A model generated the notes under the pieces. The model was not told the origin of the DNA. It searched no databases and was given only the letters and a program-made list of their open reading frames with translations. 64,000 nucleotides of DNA from Amoebophrya sp. A120 (lineage: Eukaryota > Protista > Dinoflagellata): the NCBI GenBank assembly GCA_905178155.1, contig CAJINV010000001.1, forward strand, positions 9,941,865 through 10,005,864. Reading direction: 5' to 3'. Made by a program: the position numbers and the translations under genes. How positions within the stretch are numbered: position 1 is the stretch's first letter; each line of letters starts with the position of its first letter. This document shows, one piece after another, positions 36,634 to 50,861 of this stretch.

Positions 36634-37767
36634 ATGATAATCAACCATGATTTGAGGATAGTTTTCCTCCTCCCCGCACGCATCCTGATGGCGTTAGTGC
36701 TTTTGCCTGATCACATCTACCAGCTGCCGGTCGCCGTTCCGGCAAGGCTCCCGCCACTGCCGCCAAGCACGAGGGCAACCGTTGTACCAATTGACCGCGA
36801 AACAGATTGCGGCGCGTTTAGAGGTTCCAAAAGTTGTCCTCTCGTGCTGGCATCTACACACAGCACCAGAAGTTGTTCCTCGAGCAGTAGCTCGATTGCC
36901 CACTATCCGAGCACCGCGACGAGCCTGCCGCCAAGTTTGTCCCCAACATCTCCATCACCCGCAAACGTCGAGCCGACGTATGCTGAGCTTGAAGAAGAAG
37001 AATCTCCACAGGAACTGCAGCGCGCAGCGAGCGTGCTATCCGAGATCAATGGTATCGGGAAGAGAACAGCTGCCCGAAGGTTTTCATCTCGTGCTCCCGA
37101 AGTGCTATCTTCAGTCCGTGGCCAGAGATCCGCCGTCGGTTATGGAACAATGCAGCGGTCGAGCTCTACCCTGAACGGACGAATCTTTTGCGAACCCCCG
37201 CAACCGCCACCGCAGCTTGGGATGCGCCGTACCCGATCGCAAATGCTCGCCGACCGGGTGAGCGACAGTTACCTCGTCGACGCGGCTTACCGGGGCCTGT
37301 TGTGGCTCGTAATGCCAAACCGTCCGCGGGCACCGACGCCCACTACCGTTGTAGCGGTGTCGGGTCCAAGGCGTAGCGCGAGCTCTGCGCAGACCGTGCC
37401 GCCCGTATTCGGAAGCGTGGAGGAAGAAGAAGAAAAAGAAAGAGGCGTAGAAGAATACACGACGGAAGCTGAGATTCATGATGAAGAGGAGATGATAGCT
37501 TCTGCGACACAGAGATTGCTTGCTAGCACTTCGAGTGGGAGTGACCATGCCCGGTGCTGCAGGTCTCAAAATTTCTCGGGTGCAGCGACGAGCAGTTCTT
37601 CTACAAGAAGCAATGACAAACACAGCTCTTGTGCTACTTTTTCAAGAACTACCAGCGGTACCAGACGTGAGCCTGCGAAACCGCGCAGGCACAATTCAGC
37701 CAGTAGTAGCACAGACGTGTGGCGGGAGACGAGTTGTTGTGTAGATTACGAAGAAGAAGAAGTGTGA
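36634..37767 (+). CDS. Hypothetical low-complexity Ser/Pro/Glu-rich protein
   Basis: 377-aa ORF on the same strand as its neighbours. No recognisable domain. Confidence 0.5.
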   Translation: MIINHDLRIVFLLPARILMALVLLPDHIYQLPVAVPARLPPLPPSTRATVVPIDRETDCGAFRGSKSCPLVLASTHSTRSCSSSSSSIAHYPSTATSLPPSLSPTSPSPANVEPTYAELEEEESPQELQRAASVLSEINGIGKRTAARRFSSRAPEVLSSVRGQRSAVGYGTMQRSSSTLNGRIFCEPPQPPPQLGMRRTRSQMLADRVSDSYLVDAAYRGLLWLVMPNRPRAPTPTTVVAVSGPRRSASSAQTVPPVFGSVEEEEEKERGVEEYTTEAEIHDEEEMIASATQRLLASTSSGSDHARCCRSQNFSGAATSSSSTRSNDKHSSCATFSRTTSGTRREPAKPRRHNSASSSTDVWRETSCCVDYEEEEV

Positions 37768-38467
37768 AACCGATAGAAGTAGGCTCGGGATGATTCTTGT
37801 TTTCGTCGTGTGTAGACGGTACTATCCTCCAGCGTGGTCCACGTCCGCCCGGCGTTTCGATGGCAGGAGTGTACGGGTGTCTCTAGAACTAGCCCGCAGA
37901 AGCAATTGTGTCCATACCTTTTTCATAAATTTTCCGAATACTACAACTATCATCCAGGTCGTATCCTGCATGTGATGCATATCTTCGTGTCACTGTATTC
38001 ATCCCAGTTTTAAAGATCTTCCCAGTGAGCGTGCGTGTCGATGCACGATCTCATGCGAATCGATTTTTTTATTTCAGAGTCTGTCTGATGCACTTTTTCT
38101 TCCGTTATGCCAGCTACTCCAACGGGATACGGATACGCCAAGCAAAGTCGCACTTACCTCGTCAGAAAATATGTAGGTGTTCGCTAATATCATGCGTGTC
38201 CAGAGAAACTCAAAAAGGTCGGTTATTGTCGGATAGAACAAAACCCGAACGCATGGTCAGTTGCTCCCATGTCGGTCGAATATGGATTGCAGTAGGTCGT
38301 GAGTCGTGCTGTGGTTCCAATCATTTAAATCGTATCCAATCGCCAGGTAAATAGTGCAACAGTTCGGCCTCACCAGCACAACAAAAATAGACCTCAATCC
38401 CTTACTTAGAAAGGAAAGAGACATTTGCAACTCCCGTTCTCCTTTTAATTCCTTGAACGTGTAACAA

Positions 38468-39199
38468 ATGTCGACTAGTCCAGGTCAGCTAAGTGTCGAA
38501 ATACCTCAGCCATCGGGTTTTCACAACGCTAATGATAATTTATGTAGAGCTGCAGCTGCAAACTCACGTACCTCAAAGCCTCACCATCCCTCACAAAATG
38601 CGCTGCTCCTCGCGTTGGCGGTTCTCAGCATTACCGTAGAATCCGCCGTGGCTCAGTACCTGACCGGGGCCAACGTTGCATACTGCCAAGTGGATGCCCA
38701 GACCGGGCTGACGCAGAACAACCGGATATGCCTGCAGTCCTGCAACTTGATCGAGGGCACGCCACAGCCGACGTATGCGCAGTGGAACGCGTTTTGCCGC
38801 ACGACTGCGAGCTCGGGCGATTGGCCGGAGCAGTGCAGGGATTACTATGAGTGCGTCCTGGGTTGCGATATTTCCGAAAGGCTGATCGGCCAGGGCACCA
38901 CCGGTGGAAGCATCGGGCGGCAACTCATGCTCTTGCGGCCGGAGAACTTGAGCTCAGAAGACAAGTGCGAAATGAAAAAGTGCGAGAGTTATTGCATGTT
39001 CCAGACGCAGCTGACCTGCCGCGAGGAGTCTTTTCGCATCGACTGCGAGGGGTGGGCGTCGAGGCAGTTCAATCCGTGCGATGTGAATTGCAGTTTTGCG
39101 GCGAGCAGGTTTGGCGGTAGTTCAATGCTATTCTGCTTCGCGATTGTGTTGCTCAGTATTTTCGCACACAGAAGCAGCTTCTATCTACCGGCAACTTGA
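38468..39199 (+). CDS. 14-Cys putative GPI-anchored surface protein, paralog 1 (intronless)
   Basis: Hydrophobic signal LLLALAVLSITV, 14 Cys (YC..CLQSC..FC..W..C..CVLGC..CxxxxCxSYC..TC..C..CDVNCS), hydrophobic C-terminal tail. Confidence 0.8.
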   Translation: MSTSPGQLSVEIPQPSGFHNANDNLCRAAAANSRTSKPHHPSQNALLLALAVLSITVESAVAQYLTGANVAYCQVDAQTGLTQNNRICLQSCNLIEGTPQPTYAQWNAFCRTTASSGDWPEQCRDYYECVLGCDISERLIGQGTTGGSIGRQLMLLRPENLSSEDKCEMKKCESYCMFQTQLTCREESFRIDCEGWASRQFNPCDVNCSFAASRFGGSSMLFCFAIVLLSIFAHRSSFYLPAT

Positions 39200-39967
39200 A
39201 GATACTCAGCACTTGTTAAAAAAAGCGGTCGTGTACTTACACCGAGGACAAACATGCAACCCCATTCCTCCCCGATGAAGACAAACCCAGTATATAGAAT
39301 TCGTGAGTCCGTTTTCATTTGTTTCATCTTGAATGCATGCTCTAAACCACAAAATTATTTTGCGAAAGTAGGTTCTAGTTCCTCTACTTCTTCAACGATT
39401 CCCTTGTACAATGAACCCACCTATGACCGATTGTTGAGTGTCCAGCCAGCCACAGAGTTAACTTTCAGCAAATTCTTTTCGAAAACCGATACTAAGCCAC
39501 TCAAAGCCTGGTCGTGCGTTCGAAAACAGCCCTGTTCCATACCTTGCGGATCGATAGTTCTAAAGAGAGATGATGCTAGGAGTGCCTGCGGGAAACTGAG
39601 TGCAAGGTCGTTTCGTTTGCCACACAAATGGTGCTTCGTCGTCGCTTAGCTTCTTCTGCTCAAGTGCTTCATTGATTCGTTCGTCATGTCCATATTCAAA
39701 TCCGGAATTAGCGAGAGAGCAACAGCTCGTTTTTGTGTATACTAGAAAACACCTAAGTGCATGAGAGGAATCAAGCGTTGCAAAAATTGCAAGCGCTCCC
39801 CCTCCACATTGTGCCCCTGCTACACGGATTTCGAGTGCGAGCAGTAGAAACGAATGGCCTTTCGGCAAACGCCCCCGCCAGATCTGAATCACACGACAGC
39901 CGACCGGCGAACACTAGCCTGAGTTGTATCGGGAGATATTTTACAGAACGGATTCCTGCGGCGATAT

Positions 39968-42651
39968 ATGCGGGCATTCTGCTACACGGTAGCCTTCGCT
40001 GCGACTTCCGCTGACGGCCGGCCTAGTCACGCGGTCGTTCCGCCGTTGCCAAATGACGAGTTGACAAGCGGATTTAACAGCGCAGGAGCGCTGGTGAAAG
40101 ATCCGATAAGGAGTTCCTCCTCCTCCAGCAGTAGCTCTTCAAAACACGAAAGCGACAACTTCGTCGAGCGGGTGCGTAAGCGGGCAGAGGCGATAAACCT
40201 CCTGCGATATGGACAAAAATCGCTAGCGTCACCAGATCCGTTTATCGACAGGTAAGACGGAAATTATCAACAATTGTTACCACAGATGGACGGAAATGTG
40301 AAAAGCACGGCATAGCAGTGAAGAATGTTAAAGGAACCCACGTGCTGCGCCTGTGTCTGTGCAGGCTTCTGCCTTAGAATGAAAGGGCACCACTTGCAAA
40401 GAAAATGAAACCAACAACAATCAAACTACAGCCGGTCGCTGCAGGGAGTGCAATCGCAGTATTGTTTGATAACGGCGAATGTATGACGGCGATAAAATAT
40501 TCATTTCAAAAATATTCACGGAGCCAAAAAAAAAATTTTTCGGCCAGTGGCCGCCCAGCCGGACCGGAGCGCGCCACGCCATGCGTGAGGCATTGCAGAG
40601 CGCTAACGCGCCTGCTATGCCCCGACGCAGGTACTGCCTGGAAGTCACTTGCTGGGCCCAATCGGTCGATGGCGCTCGAGAGTCAGATCCTTCAAACAAA
40701 TAGGGGACGGCCTGCGTGCCGGCGACAGGCGCAGCCATCTTCCACAAGTGGCAGCTTGCCTAGCATTCAGGCGGCAGACCACGGTCTCAAAGCCTTGAAG
40801 AAGCTGCCATGGTGCGCTGCCTTGCCCCTGCAGGCGTTGCTCGAAACCGACTGGGCTCGAGCACATCCTGGTAGGTGGCGGCCATTAGAGCAGTTGCTCT
40901 AGACGGCCGCACTTTGCCGAGGCGCAAACCCCTGCAGGAGACGGGGTCGCCTGGCCTTTACCAGGATACTTCTGCTGGCCAAGCCTATAGAAAAGCTCGG
41001 CGACTTTGTGTGCTGCCAAAAGCCGCAAAGGTTGGAAGCAGAAAAGAAGCACTTTTTTGACGTCCTCAGAGGAGGTATGAATATTTTTACTTTTTGGGCT
41101 GGTCTGAATGGAGCATAGCAGTGGGATGCGCAAAAATATTCACCTCCCCAAAAAACGCCTCTTTTTCCCAGAAAGTGCGCACTTTTTTGACATTTTTCGC
41201 TGTCGGAAATTGCGCAGATGAATATTGGATAAATCAAGTGTGAGTAGCTTCCGCTAATAAAAACGGAAACGCAGTCTCGTCGTGATTCGAAAATGAATAT
41301 CCAGAAACAAAGCGGGCGAGAGGTGTCCGACTTGGTGCAAAACAGCCATTGCCGGCGCTGTGGCGCATTTCAGTTCAACCTTGGCCTTTACAGGAGTAGC
41401 GCTTGCGTCTGGGCGAAGTGGACCTTTCCAGATTCTGCAAAAAAAGTCGCGGGGTCTCCGCAAAGCGAGGGCGCCCAACCACCTAGCAAGCAATCCGCAA
41501 GAGCGCGCGCCACATCATTTTCTTTAGAGGTGAACGAAGGAGCACACTTGAGGCGTAGGCCTTGATATATCTCGGCCCTGTAAGTCGCCAAACGCGTTTC
41601 GTGCGTTTTCTGGGCCAGGATTTCCACATGAAGCGCCTCAGCGAAGCTCTCGCGCGCGCATGTCGCGGAGTCTTTTTCCTAGGCGTTCAATAATTGCGCA
41701 AAAAAAAATTTTTTTCGGCTCTGTGAATATTTTTGAAGTGAATACTTTCTCACTCTCATAGAATGGGCTGACGGATCATCTGCGGAACTGCCTGCAAACG
41801 TGCCACGTACTGGACAACACCATCGAGCCGCGGTTTACCCAGTTTGAATCGTATAGAAGTACACGTGGTTGTTTGTCAATCACATGAATCCAAGATATGC
41901 AGGTAGCGCGTGATCGTACTAGCAGTAGCTGGCGCGAGATCGCGGAATCAAAAAGGTCGTAATCATGTAGTTGTCGCGACGAATTTTATTTCGGATGCCA
42001 CTCAGGTTCTGCGTCGAAGCTGCGGGGGACGTGATGTGGCCAGATGTGTGCTACAATTTCATGGAGTGCGTGTTGGGGTGCAAAATCACGAAGGAGATTA
42101 CCAAGGACAAGTCGATTGAAATGGTAGAGAATGTGCTGGTTTATCATTCGCTCAGAATTGATGTCATGCGCATGCTGGTATGTTTTCGTGATTAGAAAGT
42201 GTGTGTGAAGTAGTGGTGGTGCACTACAATGCCAATCAAAATTGTCAATGCAGATCAAGACCGCCGATCGGCAGGACATGTTCGAAAAAATTGACCCGGG
42301 CAATGTGGAAGCGGAACAGCGGTGCGACATGGAGAAATGCCGGTCCTATTGCGTGCGACAGCGATTGGGCACCTGTCACGAGATCGGGTACAGATACGCT
42401 TTTACGTCTGAAGTAGAACCAACTTGGGTTTTATTGCGTTTCGTACTAATCAGCCGGGCCGGAGACGCATGAGCGTTCTGCCAGTAAGATAGCTGGCGCT
42501 TGAATTTTTGTACAGGTATATCTCCGCCTGTGAAGCCGCCCAGCGCGGGCAGTATCTTCCCTGCGATGTGGATTGCAGCTCGGCGCAGTCGCTGCAAGCG
42601 GGGTTTGCGACGCTTGCTGCCACGGTGCTGCTGTACCTGCTTTTCATCTAA
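39968..42651 (+). CDS. 14-Cys putative GPI-anchored surface protein, paralog 2 (six exons)
   Basis: The spliced model gives QYCLITAN|NGLTDHLRNCLQTCH...FES|FCVEAAGDVMWPDVCYNFMECVLGC...CDMEKCRSYC...CHEIG|YISACE...CDVDCS plus a hydrophobic tail. Introns include 40252-40431 and 40481-41761. Confidence 0.8.
40482..41760. mobile_element. Non-autonomous TIR DNA transposon acting as an intron (introner), 1279 bp
   Basis: ~60-bp imperfect TIRs (49/60 match by eye; tatgacggcgataaaatattc... / ...gaatactttctcactctcata), 5-bp TSD GAATG at 40477-40481 and 41761-41765, inserted in coding sequence. Confidence 0.9.
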
Positions 42652-43603
42652 AGCGAATCATACCGAGGAGGCTGATACTCGTTGATTTTTTCAAAAGCAG
42701 TAGCGGAACGCGCAAAATGAAGAAGCTTACTTTGCCTGCAGAGCTTTATCGAAATGCACACACCTGTTGAGGAGTGGATGTCTGTGCTCCAACACGGAGC
42801 TGTATTGCAAATGCGATTAGCAAATGAACTCTGTAATGCCAGTACTAACTTCACCATGTACAAATCCACCTACTTTGATACGAGTCGCTTAATTGAACAA
42901 CCCTGGCTTATACCAAACCAAGTTTCAAAACTCACTTACACTTTACGTGCCAAGCAGCACAATATCTCATTCAAAACTAGTCTTTCAAACCAGTAAACAA
43001 AACTATTCACTTCCTTGATGGCAGTGAAATTCGCACGACCTGCGATCTGCCTCCGGCAGTGCTGTAGGTTGGGAGAAACATTTTGTAGAATTTTGTTTCA
43101 GAGCTTCTTCTTTGTACCAATAACAATACTTCGCGGAACTCTTCTTTCGGCGCCTTGCTCTCTTCTTTCGGCGCCTTTCCCTTGAACCAACCCAATGAAT
43201 GTGCCGGTGATGGTGGAGCAGGAATCAACCAAACAGTGCGGGATTAGTGACGTGCGGCGCAAACAAAAAATCAGAATCAAATCAGCCCTCAAGCTATCAC
43301 TTCGCACATTTAAGATGGGGCCGAAAGGAATTTGCTAGGGTTCGTCAATTTCCGCTGTTCTTTGTCATGAAGTACGAAGTGTGTCAGGGAGCGTGGCTTT
43401 CTTTGCGTACTGATGAAGCGCGATCTTTGGCCAGTCCCGGAATCACGCGAAAATTGCACGAGATGTACAGTAAGTTAGTCTGTAAATTTTCGATGGGCAA
43501 GGCCAAGGAGAAGAAGGGCGCGCAAGACGCGTAGCCGTCGCGACAGCCACCGACTAACAGCGTAAGCAGGGAGAATCTCTGTAAGCGGAAGCTGTGTGTA
43601 GCC

Positions 43604-44976
43604 ATGCCCGAACCACGATGCCGGCGCGGAATCTGCATGCTGGGGAAAGCAGCGACGGTCACGACGCTAGTACTGGCGGATAAGAGCGGGGTAGTTACCG
43701 GCAGAGCGAGGGGAGGAGGATCTTCAGGGATACATGACGCTGCAGAATGGGACGCGAGCGTGGCAGAGCAGAACAGACGAAACGCACCATCTAGCAGTAG
43801 TACATCTAACAAGGCGCACACGGACGCAGATAGAGAAAAGGTGGCGGGGACGCAGGGTGGGGGAAGACAGTTTGCCGGACGTGCGGTACCGGAGGATCAG
43901 AGTCCACGCAAGGCAGCGAGGGAGCCTGCGTCTACTCGCAGCGTCGGGACTCTGGTAGTGGGCGCCGACCAACAGATACAGGACAAGAAACGGCAGCGCC
44001 GTCAGCTGCAGCCGGAGCTGTACTGCGCAGTAGCGGGAGACAAACTGTCGATGAATGACAAATTGTGTCTGCAAAGCTGCCATGTGATCAACGACGAGAT
44101 ACAGCCACGCTTCTACCAATGGGAGGAGTATTGTTTTTGTTGCTATGAACCGACCATTGCGTTGGGATTTGCTGCTGCGATTCGATCAATTTAATGCAAA
44201 AGGAGGTGGTAGTGATTTGCTTTGGCGCAACGAGTTCTGTGGGGTGCAGTTCTTGTCGACCGATGGTATTGATTCCATGTAAAACAGCTATTGCAAGGAC
44301 ACGTCACTGGATTCGGATTGGGACCAGTGGTGCTACGACTACTACGATTGCCTGCTAGGCTGTGAGGTGTTTCAAGAAATCACCGACATGGGAACCGTCG
44401 CTATCGTACAGAAAGTGATTGCTTTTTTCTCTCGCGCAGGTTCGGTGTGACAGAAGTAGAAGAAAGCAATTATGCACGGTGGGGATGAGTTGGTCTTTGT
44501 AGCCGTACTGTCGCAACACTGAGGTTCACACTTCTACAATGATACGAATGCAGCATGTATTTTCTAATGACCGCGAAGACAAACACATAAAACAGTGGGC
44601 AAAGCGGAAGGACTTGCTGAAGCAGATGGATCCGAGTAGTATCTTGGACGGAGACCAGAAGTGCGCTGCCGAGCAGTGCCGTTCCTACTGCACGCGGCAG
44701 ACCCTACCGACGTGTCGGGAGCTGGCCTTCAAAGCGGAGTGTGAAGCGATGCAGCGTAGCCAGCGGCTGATGCGCTGCGACATGGATTGCAGCTCTGCGT
44801 TCTCCGCCCGGGACAGCGTGAATGCGTGGTAAGCATTGTCTTATGCGAAACGCGTGGAGTGTTTCTTCAGAGTGTTTTGCGAGGGTTTCGCTTGTGCTTC
44901 TTGCGTTGTGACGTCAGATTAAACTTCCAATAGGTTCACGGGCTTGTTGCTGGCGGTGGCGCTAATTTTCTACTGA
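43604..44976 (+). CDS. 14-Cys putative GPI-anchored surface protein, paralog 3 (four exons)
   Basis: LYCAVAG..LCLQSCH..QWED|YCKDT..WDQWCYDYYDCLLGC..CAAEQCRSYC..TCRELAFKAECE..CDMDCS and C-terminal FTGLLLAVALIFY. Confidence 0.8.
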
Positions 44977-46079
44977 CGCGAACGAGATTGCGCTTGCTCG
45001 CGACTGCCGGCGATATAAGCGGCAAGAAGGTTCCTTGCGGCCGTCGATAGTGTCGGTACTGATTTCTTGTGGTAGACACGATATGGAATTTACCAAAATA
45101 TGGATCTCAGAAACAAGTGCATCACCAGACACACACGATGCGAGGAGGTGTGTATGTTGAGCGGATTAATCTTCATCAAAGGAAAAACGTAGGAAAGCGA
45201 TTATTTGAATACCAATGGCCAATGGAAACAAACAGAAATCCTGAAGCAACATTTTGCAGAGAACAATCGATAATAATTACGGTAGCTCCGATGCCGATAA
45301 CAGTAACAGTAAAGTAATTTAGCATGAGAGTACGACATAGCGACACAGAGATCAACACAATTTTGCAATCGAGTTTACTCCTTTTGGGCTTTCCGCTACT
45401 AAAACTTACCAAGGTGCGCGGCTTGCATAATTGCGCCAGACAGAGCTTTTTGTACAAGCGTGCTTAGGCAGTACATGTCCTGACACTTGGACTCCGAGGT
45501 ACTTGGTTGCGCAAGAGTGCGTGCATTTTTTTTTTGAGTCGTGTTCTCACCAAAAAATAAATTCGATCCGCCGCGTGTTGTGCATCTGATTTGCCTCTGA
45601 GACGAGAAGCTTCTGGTGCGTTTGTCGTTGTGTAAGTCAGCAAGACAAGACAAGAGGTTGTGGACAAGGAGATGAAGTCGTGATGTTGGACCAAAACCGG
45701 TGTTGGCTACGGTTGCAGTACGTACTTGGAAGGATTTCTCTCTTCAAAAAGATCCATTTTAAATGGCAAAGATGTGATGCTATTCGTGCGTACGTAGGCA
45801 AGCGTGTGGCCATACCCAAGGAGATGCACAGTCGTACACAAGCACTTCGTTCACATTTGCGTTTTCCGACATACGTTTTGTGAACTGCGCCCGTCCAACT
45901 TTTACTCACACCTCCACCTAATTGAAAGCGCTAATTTCTTCATGACCTCATCTAAAAATGGACGATCAGATACTAAACTGGACGAGAGAATCCCTATTGT
46001 AGCCGTCTAGGCCATCTGCACGCATCAATCATTCTTCCTCATTCAAACTCGGCTTAGCGCCCTCTTTTTTTTCTAGTAA

Positions 46080-47819
<1,740 letters not shown>

Positions 47820-48562
47820 ATTCACCAACAACCTGGTGTTGAACCTCTTCGTCGTCATCGTCGTCACCAAGGTGTGATTGAACAAATAGACTAGATGAAG
47901 ATGTGATCCAAAGACTTTTGCATCGTGATCAGATTTTGCACGTGAATAGTCAGATTTCCATTATGTGATTTCCGAATACTAACACCATCATTTTCAACTG
48001 TCAAGGGACTGGTGAAAATTTTGTAGTGCTGAATCAATCTGATGCTACAAAGAAAAGCGGCATCGACAAAGAAGTCGAGTTGCAAAATCAAAAAAGTTTC
48101 AAACGCCACTGTAGGCAACGTGGTCGCTCGAGGGGCGTGTGCGATTCTTGCAGGTTCGACCTGTTCATCTTAATATTCTTCGGTCTTGACAGAGTGTGAA
48201 GTCCTTTTCGAGCAGAATGTCGGTATGCAAGTCGGTCTTTGTCATTATTAGTTCATCCTTCGCGCTGTGCGACTTTCTCTGCGATCAATCAGGACCAAGA
48301 CCGAGATCACCTGATACGAAATTTGGTCAGTGTTGAACTTCGCGCAGTTCGATTCAATTGGAATGAACATGTTGAGCGACGATGTGCCTGTACTGGTCCT
48401 TAAGAAGATCGTATCCGCGTGGTTTGTTGTGTCGTTCTTTGTGATTGTTCACATGTGCCAGTCTCAATGGTGAAGTAGACACGCCACACTCGAGCGTAAT
48501 GTGGCGACTCGTCGGTATACGTGTATGCTGACGCGAACGGGCAAGATGTCCACCCAACCACA

Positions 48563-50861
48563 ATGAAAGCGTTTCTGATCGGTCCAAGGGTCGTTACCGT
48601 CGCACTGCTTCTGAATCGCGCTGCGGCTGTAAACTTCAACGCAAATGCCGGTTCCGTTGCGTCATCGTCCTTGGTCCAGGCTCTTGTCGCCAAGGTGGAG
48701 GAGCTGGAAGACCGACTGGAATTTTTGTCGGAAAACACCTTCCGCATTCCTGAGACGCAGGAGTATATTGATGAAACGGTCAGGAGCGAAGGAGCTCTCC
48801 TGGAGAAACACCTGCAGCGGAAATATATAAAAGAGTGGCACCCCACTACGAAGCGAAATCATCGCACCCGCCTGCTGCACGTGGTAATTAGCACGTGGCG
48901 AACGTGGGCGAATCTCGTTTGACAGTGGCATGTGTGATTGGTCAGGGGCACGGCACAACAACGACATGCATGTGGCTGACACAGATTGATATGCGTTGTT
49001 TGAAGAGTACAAAGGTAGTAGCTCTGGTGAAACGTACTTGCGGAGGTTGCGATGCTTTTCGATGATGCCGTAGATGAGCTTCGTCCAGTACAAGCGACAG
49101 GACTGCACAAACAAACTTCATGCGATCGAGCTGCCTTTTCCCTGTATGAGAAAAGACGCCTTGGATTCGCTGGTCAAGGAGTCAGGTACTTTTCCATTAC
49201 TTCGTGCTCCGGCCTTCAATACGCATTCCGCACAGCTGTTTGGGATGTATATGCGCAAAAGGTTTTCCATGTGAGTTTCTTCGCAGTCGCTCTCCCTGCT
49301 GCGCATTCATGCTATACGAACTTCAGGTCTTTCCAGTGACGAGATCATTTCGTCGCACTTCAACAGTGCCGACAAATCGACCGACTGTGAATTCGGGAAA
49401 CCCAGCAAGCAAGCAGTTTTGTCGAAAGCCGAAGTGGGCACGGTCTCGCTGCAGCTGAATGTCGCGGCCGAGATGTGTTCCAAGAATCATGTATATGCAT
49501 TGTACGACAGCGTGAGCGTGTTGGACGTGGATTGGGATGATTTTCATTGAGACGATAAGGGAATATCCAGGTGCGACCGATAAATTTACAAAGTTTACAT
49601 ATTCCAAAGAAACTCACAGGACTGTGGAGGTTTCGTGCAGTTCAACACGGATACAGACGAGACGTTTCCGAAGGCCTACAGCGTTTGGAACGAGGAGTTC
49701 CAGGAATATGCGAATATCAAGGGCGGTGGAGCTTTTGCGGGCGATATCGTGTTTGTGGAGTCCGGTCCGCGCTGCACCCACGTGATGTTCAAGAACGACG
49801 AACCCGACATCCAAGTGGCGCCGGCAGATTGCGAGGGATACGAAGCTGGCTGTCACTCTGCCTGTGTGCGTGCGAGTATTTGCGTCGAAGACGACAGTGA
49901 GAATACCTACATCAAGAAACGAATCATCATGTCGGAGTTTGGATCGGAGACGGAGAAAGCGATGCAGGGGGACGAGATGTTTGAAGGCGCAAACAAAACT
50001 GCGAAAGCGAATAAGACTCTGGGCGAGCTGGTAAACAAAACTCTGGAGCTGAAGCCAACCGCAAAAAAAAGTGCGATGAGCATGAACGCCACCGAAGGAG
50101 AAACAGAGGTTAAGACGAACGCTACAAAGGAGGCTACCGCAACTGCAGATGCGGCCGTAGCGAACGCAAGTGAAGCAGCAGGAGCCCAGAACGCGACGGA
50201 CGAACCGTTAGCGGAAAACACGACTGACGGTGCAGCTGAAACGAACACGACGGAGGCTGCAGAAGGAGCGAACGCTACGGAGCCGAACGCGACGGAAGGC
50301 GCAGAAGAACTGAACGCGACGACAGCTGCAGAAGGTGCAGAAGGAACGAACGCGACAGAAGCTGCCGAAGGAGCGAACGCAACGGAAGCTACAGAAGGAG
50401 CGAACGCTACGGAAGCTGCAGCAGAAGGAGCGAACGAAACGGCAACTGCAGAAGGAGCAAACGCAACAGAAGCTGCAGCAGAGGGAGCGAACGTGACGGA
50501 AACTGCAGCAGGAGCGGCGAACGCGACGGAAGCCGCAGTAGGTGCTAATGCATCAGAAACCATATTAGGAGCAGCAAACAGTACAGCAAACGCGACAGAG
50601 GGAGCACTAGGGGCGACATCAAATGAAAGAGAAGGTACAGGGGTTATCTCGACGGAAAATACGGCAGCAACTACCACGGGAGCAAAAGCTGAAGCAAGCG
50701 CAACAGGTAGTGCGGAACTAAAGGATAACAAGAACAATAATATCACGAAAACCTCTGCGAATCAGCCACCAGTGGGCAAGTCGAGCGCTGATGGCAAGTT
50801 CCGGGAGCCATTTGACGTTCGACCAGAAAGCAAGAGCGCTGGATTGCTGTTCTATTGGTAG
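48563..50861 (+). CDS. Secreted Cys-containing protein with N-x-T/S-rich mucin-like repeat tail (multi-exon)
   Basis: Signal-like MKAFLIGPRVVTVALLL. Exons ~48563-48883, ~49074-49185, ~49327-49490 and 49620-50861 join in frame (CSKNH|DCGGFVQF). EGANATEAA-like repeats. Confidence 0.72.
50200..50610 (+). repeat. Coding minisatellite (gaaggagcgaacgc(a/g/t)acggaagct)
   Basis: Imperfect 27-30-bp units encoding (A)AEGANATE. Confidence 0.85.

Noticed and set aside
40405-41627. ORFs inside the 1.28-kb TIR element as a transposase
   Set aside because: Short, with no DDE/DDD or DNA-binding motifs. The element is treated as non-autonomous.
43135-43180. 21-bp direct repeat encoding KAPKEES/KAPKEEF on the minus strand
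   Set aside because: Only two units in a short ORF with no other support for a gene.
43595-43610. gtagccat as a relic dinoflagellate spliced leader
   Set aside because: Only 8 nt match CCGTAGCCATTTTGGCTCAAG. I saw no convincing SL relic in the window.
49907-50746. 279-aa hydrophobic antisense ORF (SVAFAPSAA repeats)
   Set aside because: Reverse complement of the EGANATEAA coding repeat.
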